From a virus (lineage: Duplodnaviria > Caudoviricetes): a stretch of DNA of 64,000 nucleotides. Shown here piece after piece: positions 58,964-64,000 of this stretch. The notes under the pieces were generated by a model. That model was not told the origin of the DNA, searched no databases, and saw nothing but the letters and a program-made list of their open reading frames with translations. Location of the stretch: IMG/VR virus record IMGVR_UViG_3300021400_000091, positions 1 through 64,000 of that record; one strand, given 5' to 3'. The first letter of the stretch is position 1. Each line of letters opens with the position of its first letter. The position numbers were made by a program, and so were the translations under genes.

Positions 58964-59179
58964 CAATTCTCCCTTTACGGGCAGTGAGTAGTAAGCAACA
59001 TTGGTGTTACGCTTGCGTTAACATTGATGATTATATTAGTCAAACTGTAATAATTAAAATTAGTGTTAATTGGTTTTGTACTTGTGCTAATTTTGCGAAA
59101 TCAGCTTATTATAATCTGCCCGTAGAGGGAATCATTGCTACTTACACTATTTTACTAACAATTTTTCAATGTTGCAACA

Positions 59180-59521
59180 ATGAAAGTTTTACTTATTTCT
59201 ATTTTAGTTTTATTAGTCATAACTATTGTTTTAGGTTTTGTATTACTTAATGGTATTAAGAATCTTATACAATTAATAGGTAGTTTTGCTGAAGTAACTG
59301 CTGATAATTTTGTTACTGTAGATAATTCTGTACATTCTTGTGAAATTAATTCTAAGAATATAGAAAATAAAATTGAGAAATTAGATGATAAAATTGACAC
59401 TGTTCAAGATACTCTTGAAGTAATTGTTCCTCTATGTAGAAACGGATATCCTAAATTAGATGAAATAATTGAAAATACTAAACCAAAACCTAGAAAGACT
59501 AAGAAAACTAGTGAAAAATAA
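59180..59521 (+). CDS. Membrane-anchored coiled-coil protein
   Basis: 113 aa, N-terminal TM; last gene of + arm. Confidence 0.6.
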   Translation: MKVLLISILVLLVITIVLGFVLLNGIKNLIQLIGSFAEVTADNFVTVDNSVHSCEINSKNIENKIEKLDDKIDTVQDTLEVIVPLCRNGYPKLDEIIENTKPKPRKTKKTSEK

Positions 59522-59599
59522 TTTATAAACTATTAAGTTTTTTGGTGTTTCAGTGATTTAATCTTCATAGTAATATAGTTCATCAGATTTAATAAGAAA

Positions 59600-59642
59600 G
59601 CCCCACAGCTGCCAATTATGGCGGTTGTGGGGCATTTTTTTT
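59600..59642. terminator. Terminator between convergent arms (probably bidirectional)
   Basis: GCCCCACAGCTGCCA-ATTA-TGGCGGTTGTGGGGC then T-run; A-rich on other side. Confidence 0.8.
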
Positions 59643-59645
59643 CTA

Positions 59646-62600
59646 CTACCAAGAGTTTAAACTTGAGTTGAAATCATTTTGACTTGCATCAAAAGTATAA
59701 TTAAAATCTCTATTTAGATAATCATATTGAACTCCAGAATCATAATCATTTTCATATCCGGCAAGAGCTTTAGCTATTTTTGTAGATATTCCTTTATTAC
59801 CAACTCTATAATATCTATTATTTTTTCCTATATTTTTAATTCTATTTATAACTCTAGTAGGAGCAAATAATCTTTTAGCGACAACATTAAGTCTATTATC
59901 ACCAGCATTTGGACCACTATGAATTGTTAAATCTTCTCCCATTAAAGTTTCAGTTCCATAATATAGTAGATATATCCAATCCAATGCTGCTGAACCACTT
60001 GCAACTGGAGAACCCCAAAGTGTTTTAGCTTCTTGAACTGTACCATATCCATTATAAGCAATGGTTTCAGACATTAATCTATCCATAGCATATATAATAC
60101 TACTTGCTAAATTATTATCTCTTAATTCATCATCATCTCCACCAAAAGCAGAAAATATCATAGCTTGAACAACAATTGGAACAGTCATACCAATTAATTC
60201 TCCCATAATCTTTTTCATATTTTGCTTCTGATGTCTAGGAAGAAAACGATAGTTAATATATAACTCAGGTATTAATCCTATAGTTGATTTAACAATAGCT
60301 TGGAATGCTGCAAGAGCAGGATTTGTTCCATCTTTTCTAGCATTATTATAATTATTTATGATTGACATTGATTGAACAAGTAAATGAGCTATATCTGTAA
60401 ACATACCTCTATCAACTGTTCCTCTACGTTCACTAAAATTACCTTTATTTTTATAATGTTTCATAAAACCAGTCCATAGATGTTTATGGAATTGCATAAT
60501 ATTTGCGCCAAAAGCATATTTCTCTATTAATGCTGCACCATCTTTATCATATACACCATGAATTTTCTTATTAACACCAATTACTCTTTCTCTAAATTCT
60601 CCATAATACTTTTTAAACTTTTCATCAAATACAAGTTTTCCATTAACTACTTTTATCATTTGATTCAATGTCTTATTTCTTGAATCATTAAATTCTTCAT
60701 CAGCTTCTTTATCTAATCTTTCTTTTTCTTTTAAATACTTATCTAAAATCTTTTTATCTTTAGTTCCAGTAATTGAACCATAGTAAACTTCTTTTATAAA
60801 ATCAATACTAAAATTATATTTAAATTTAGCATACTTGTACATTTCTCTTTTATCTCCAAGTTTCTTTCTTTTATATTGTTCAAAAGCATCTAATAGTTTT
60901 TGGTCACCTTGAAGAATATTATATAATGCAACTATTTCATTATATCTCTTATATTGTTCTTTACTAACTAATTCTTCATTACCATTTAATTTATTCCTCA
61001 TTATTTTTGTACCATTAAGCATAGCTATTAACACAGTATTTTGCATTAAATGCTCACCAGCACTTTGAGTACCAAACATAATATTTCTAAGATGTTTCAT
61101 ACCATTGTGCATTTTATCATTAGGCCTAGTTTCAAGTTTTAAGTCATAGTCAATTATATTAAATCTATGAATTATTAAGTTAATTCTATTGGTAATATTC
61201 TTTCTCTCTTCACCGCTAAAATTCAAAACATCTTGAAGATAACTAAAACCACCTTTAGCATATTCTGCTTGTGCTTTTATAGCATCTGCTTTTGTAAAAT
61301 ATTCATTTCCAAAAAATTCCATTGTCATATTAACATAACCAGTTGCTATATTTGCAAAACCAGAATAAGGATTTAATGCAATGTATCTACTACTAGCATT
61401 TGTTCTAAAACTATCAAATATATCTCTCCATACATTATGTCTATTATAATCTTTATATATAATTCTTCTTGCCCAATTCTCTAAAATTTCCATAGCATTC
61501 TTACTTTCTTCAGTTTTATATTCATTAGTATCTATACTTCTAATTGAATCTCTTTCCATTTTGCCTTTAGAATTTATAAGATAATGCTTATTAATCTTTA
61601 ATTCTTCCATTAATAGAAATATAGTATTAGCCATTGTGTGTCTATTATTATATTCTATAGCTCCGGCAATATAATCTTTGATTACATTAATCCAATCCCT
61701 ATCAAGAACTGCTTTTTCTAATTCTCTATTATGTGCTTCAATTTTTCTACTTTCTTCTCTATATTTTCTAAGTTCTTCTTGATATTCTTCTTTTGTTTTT
61801 CCTTCACGTTTTGGATAATCAGGCATAGGTTTAAAACCTTTTGTTTTGAGAGTTTCCATCATCTCAAAATTATCAGTCCATTGCTTAGTATAATCTAATA
61901 TTCCTTCATGGTCTTTAACATTTCTAGTACTATAATATGCTAAACCTGCAATATTTAATAAATCTCTAGCAAAATTAGCAGCTGTATATTCTTTCTTATA
62001 TCTTCTAGGTAAATATCCTTTTGCAGCAAATTTTTCCATTTGATAATTACCACTAGCATATTTCATGACTATAGACTTTAAATACTCTTGTATTCTTCTT
62101 TCTTTTTCAGTCATTCTTGTAGTTGAAGTATATATAGGATTGCCAGCATCTTTAAAATTATCTCCAAATTTACTAAATTTTTCATTTTGCTTTTCTTTTA
62201 CAGCAGCTCTACTTGCAGCTTCATATCTTGGCAATCTTTGAATAGAATCTTTTGCAGAACCTTTATATTGTGGTACAGTCCATATACTTAATGGTTCCCA
62301 TCTTTGAGTATATTGATTGAATATATGGTTCTTTTCATACCATTCATCATATGTACCATCAGCAATAGCTTGTTTTTCTGCATCAAGATAATATTCACTT
62401 GGCACTCTTTCTACCATATCATTTATTGTTGCTAGTGCTTTTGCCTTTTCTTTATCTTCATATTCTTCTTTAGTTGGTACATAATACCCAAAAAATTGAA
62501 ATTTTGGAGTATATAAAGATATAACTTTACCATTCTTTCTACCAATTTTAGCATCAGCAAACATTTTTAACCATTCCTTATATTCATCTTCACTTAATTC

Positions 62601-64000
62601 TCTTCTAGCTTTTGCTTGTTCTCTTTTAAAAGCAGCATTATTATAAGCTTTAGTAACATATTCTTCAAATAATAATTTATAATATTGTCTATTAATTTTA
62701 CCATCTTGAACAGGTATATCAAATAAATCTATATACATAGTATTTAATCTGTTTCTCTCTTCTTTACTTAATGTTTTAAACATTCTTACTGTATCTAAAG
62801 TATTATTATCCTTATCAAAGAATGGTTCAATTATAGCATTAATTTTCTTTATATATTCATCTTTCTTAGAATTATCTCTAGGTTTTCCACTTTCTCTAGC
62901 TCTTACTCTTTCTAATTCTCTTTTTGCTTTAGCATTAAGTAATGGAATATCTTTAGGAACTTCTTTTATTAAACTATTATGTGATGTTCCTCCAATCTTT
63001 TTAATTCTACTTAATTGTTTTTGTTTTATTTTTTCTAATGCACTATCGCTAAGTTTTCTTGGGTCTCTTCTACCAAATTCATCATATGCATTTTCATCAT
63101 TAAGTATTTCAATTATATCTTGAGAAGTACCACCTGAAGCACCAGTTATAATAAAGTAAGCTTTCTCTAATTTATCTCGATTTTCATCACTTAATTGGAA
63201 CCTTACATTTTCTTTTAACCAATAATATGCTTCTCTATATTCTTCAAATTGGTCTAATTTTTCATTTAATGTTAATGTAGCATATTTTTTATCATATCTA
63301 TCTCTAATAGCTAAATAGTTATCAACATCATCTTGAAAACCTTCATATTCCTCATAAGTAAAATATTCAGCATTTATATTTTTTCTAGCTGCAAGAAAAT
63401 CTTTTAATGCTTCAACTTTTCTTAATTCTTGAGAAGATTTTTCTTCACCATCTTCATCTGTTTTAGATAATAGACTATTTAATTGTTCTCTTAAATGTAC
63501 TCTAAGTTTTATTCTTTCTTCTTCACTTAATGATTCATCATAAACATCTTCATATAATCTAGATTGAATTTTCATATATTCCAAATATAATTCTGGAGCA
63601 ATTAATCTAATTCTTTTAAGATTATTTAAAGACCTTCTATAATAATCTTCTAATATAGGTTGTTCTGTATTTTCTAATAGCCATTCATCTCTAGCAATCC
63701 TAGCATCTAACCATTCCATAGAATACATTCCATATTTATGTACAGCATCTCTAGCTCTATCTATAACTTTTTCTTTATCTCTTAAAAATTCATCTGTATA
63801 ATTTGTTCTCCATCTTCCATCAGAAGTTATTATATTATCTATTCTAAATTCTCCAGGAAGTTTCATTAACTCTGCTAGTTCTTGTTCAAATTTTTCAATT
63901 TCTTCAGGAATTACAACACCCTGTATTTCTGAATTCATAGCATTAATTATTTTAGTTATGACTTGAATTTCTGGGTGAGTAACATCTGAAATATCTGCAA
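59646..64000 (-). CDS. Giant virion cargo/ejection protein of the vRNAP locus, partial (5' end outside window)
   Basis: Frame stays open from 63938 to the window edge; helical, C-terminal MQFHKH motif; position matches last large gene of crAss RNAP cluster; no RNAP catalytic motif seen in this part. Confidence 0.7.
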   Translation of the reverse strand, partial: ADISDVTHPEIQVITKIINAMNSEIQGVVIPEEIEKFEQELAELMKLPGEFRIDNIITSDGRWRTNYTDEFLRDKEKVIDRARDAVHKYGMYSMEWLDARIARDEWLLENTEQPILEDYYRRSLNNLKRIRLIAPELYLEYMKIQSRLYEDVYDESLSEEERIKLRVHLREQLNSLLSKTDEDGEEKSSQELRKVEALKDFLAARKNINAEYFTYEEYEGFQDDVDNYLAIRDRYDKKYATLTLNEKLDQFEEYREAYYWLKENVRFQLSDENRDKLEKAYFIITGASGGTSQDIIEILNDENAYDEFGRRDPRKLSDSALEKIKQKQLSRIKKIGGTSHNSLIKEVPKDIPLLNAKAKRELERVRARESGKPRDNSKKDEYIKKINAIIEPFFDKDNNTLDTVRMFKTLSKEERNRLNTMYIDLFDIPVQDGKINRQYYKLLFEEYVTKAYNNAAFKREQAKARRELSEDEYKEWLKMFADAKIGRKNGKVISLYTPKFQFFGYYVPTKEEYEDKEKAKALATINDMVERVPSEYYLDAEKQAIADGTYDEWYEKNHIFNQYTQRWEPLSIWTVPQYKGSAKDSIQRLPRYEAASRAAVKEKQNEKFSKFGDNFKDAGNPIYTSTTRMTEKERRIQEYLKSIVMKYASGNYQMEKFAAKGYLPRRYKKEYTAANFARDLLNIAGLAYYSTRNVKDHEGILDYTKQWTDNFEMMETLKTKGFKPMPDYPKREGKTKEEYQEELRKYREESRKIEAHNRELEKAVLDRDWINVIKDYIAGAIEYNNRHTMANTIFLLMEELKINKHYLINSKGKMERDSIRSIDTNEYKTEESKNAMEILENWARRIIYKDYNRHNVWRDIFDSFRTNASSRYIALNPYSGFANIATGYVNMTMEFFGNEYFTKADAIKAQAEYAKGGFSYLQDVLNFSGEERKNITNRINLIIHRFNIIDYDLKLETRPNDKMHNGMKHLRNIMFGTQSAGEHLMQNTVLIAMLNGTKIMRNKLNGNEELVSKEQYKRYNEIVALYNILQGDQKLLDAFEQYKRKKLGDKREMYKYAKFKYNFSIDFIKEVYYGSITGTKDKKILDKYLKEKERLDKEADEEFNDSRNKTLNQMIKVVNGKLVFDEKFKKYYGEFRERVIGVNKKIHGVYDKDGAALIEKYAFGANIMQFHKHLWTGFMKHYKNKGNFSERRGTVDRGMFTDIAHLLVQSMSIINNYNNARKDGTNPALAAFQAIVKSTIGLIPELYINYRFLPRHQKQNMKKIMGELIGMTVPIVVQAMIFSAFGGDDDELRDNNLASSIIYAMDRLMSETIAYNGYGTVQEAKTLWGSPVASGSAALDWIYLLYYGTETLMGEDLTIHSGPNAGDNRLNVVAKRLFAPTRVINRIKNIGKNNRYYRVGNKGISTKIAKALAGYENDYDSGVQYDYLNRDFNYTFDASQNDFNSSLNSW

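Larger units (their letters stand above)
3821..59130. repeat. Dispersed motif family T(C/G)CCCGTAGAGGGA, about 16 copies
   Basis: Exact 12-mer core in copies at 3821, 12735, 27653(rc), 29933, 37599(rc), 38454, 43442(rc), 49698(rc), 51543, 59117; degenerate at 4821(rc), 20878, 25935, 44996, 53592(rc), 58970(rc). Confidence 0.9.

Noticed and set aside
58984-59250. 88-aa ORF containing NLPVEG
   Set aside because: GTG start within the inverted repeat, overlaps the next gene out of frame; the PVEG match comes from the DNA motif, not protein homology.
1-64000. Stop-codon reassignment (TAG or TGA recoding known in some Crassvirales)
   Set aside because: Long genes are intact in code 11, and TAG ends genes at 3231, 45894, 46920, 58963 and 59646 (tandem TAG TAG); no suppressor tRNA.
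59646-64000. Calling the giant ORF the virion RNA polymerase itself
   Set aside because: No DxDxD catalytic motif seen in the visible portion; only assignable as a large cargo protein of that locus.

Overview
About two-thirds of a crAss-like bacteriophage genome (Crassvirales; gene order and family B DNA polymerase resemble the p-crAssphage alpha/gamma type), AT-rich (roughly 30% GC by eye), standard code 11, with Bacteroidota-type TAnnTTTG promoters. 1-30962 (- strand) is the late/structural arm: RepL-like protein, nuclease, GH108 lysis cassette, terminase, portal, major capsid protein, ring and tail proteins, and a partial muzzle/tail-stabilisation gene. 31000-31960 is a divergent control region with nested AT palindromes (candidate origin). 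31963-59521 (+ strand) holds early genes, four tRNAs and the replication/nucleotide module (Dda-like helicase, PolB, recombinase, SSB, primase, ligase, dNMP kinase, ThyX, dUTPase). 59646-64000 (- strand) is the 3' part of a giant virion cargo protein. Signals not explained by the genes: (1) a GC-rich motif CCCGTAGAGGGA with 10 exact and about 6 degenerate copies dispersed over both arms, in both orientations, inside core genes in different reading frames, extending to 30-50 bp in some copies; (2) a 35-bp motif present three times ahead of early genes (candidate virion-RNAP promoter); (3) GNRA hairpins placed just before three tRNAs; (4) a GC-rich first early gene with a multibranched leader RNA. 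All protein calls come from motif recognition and synteny, not database searches.
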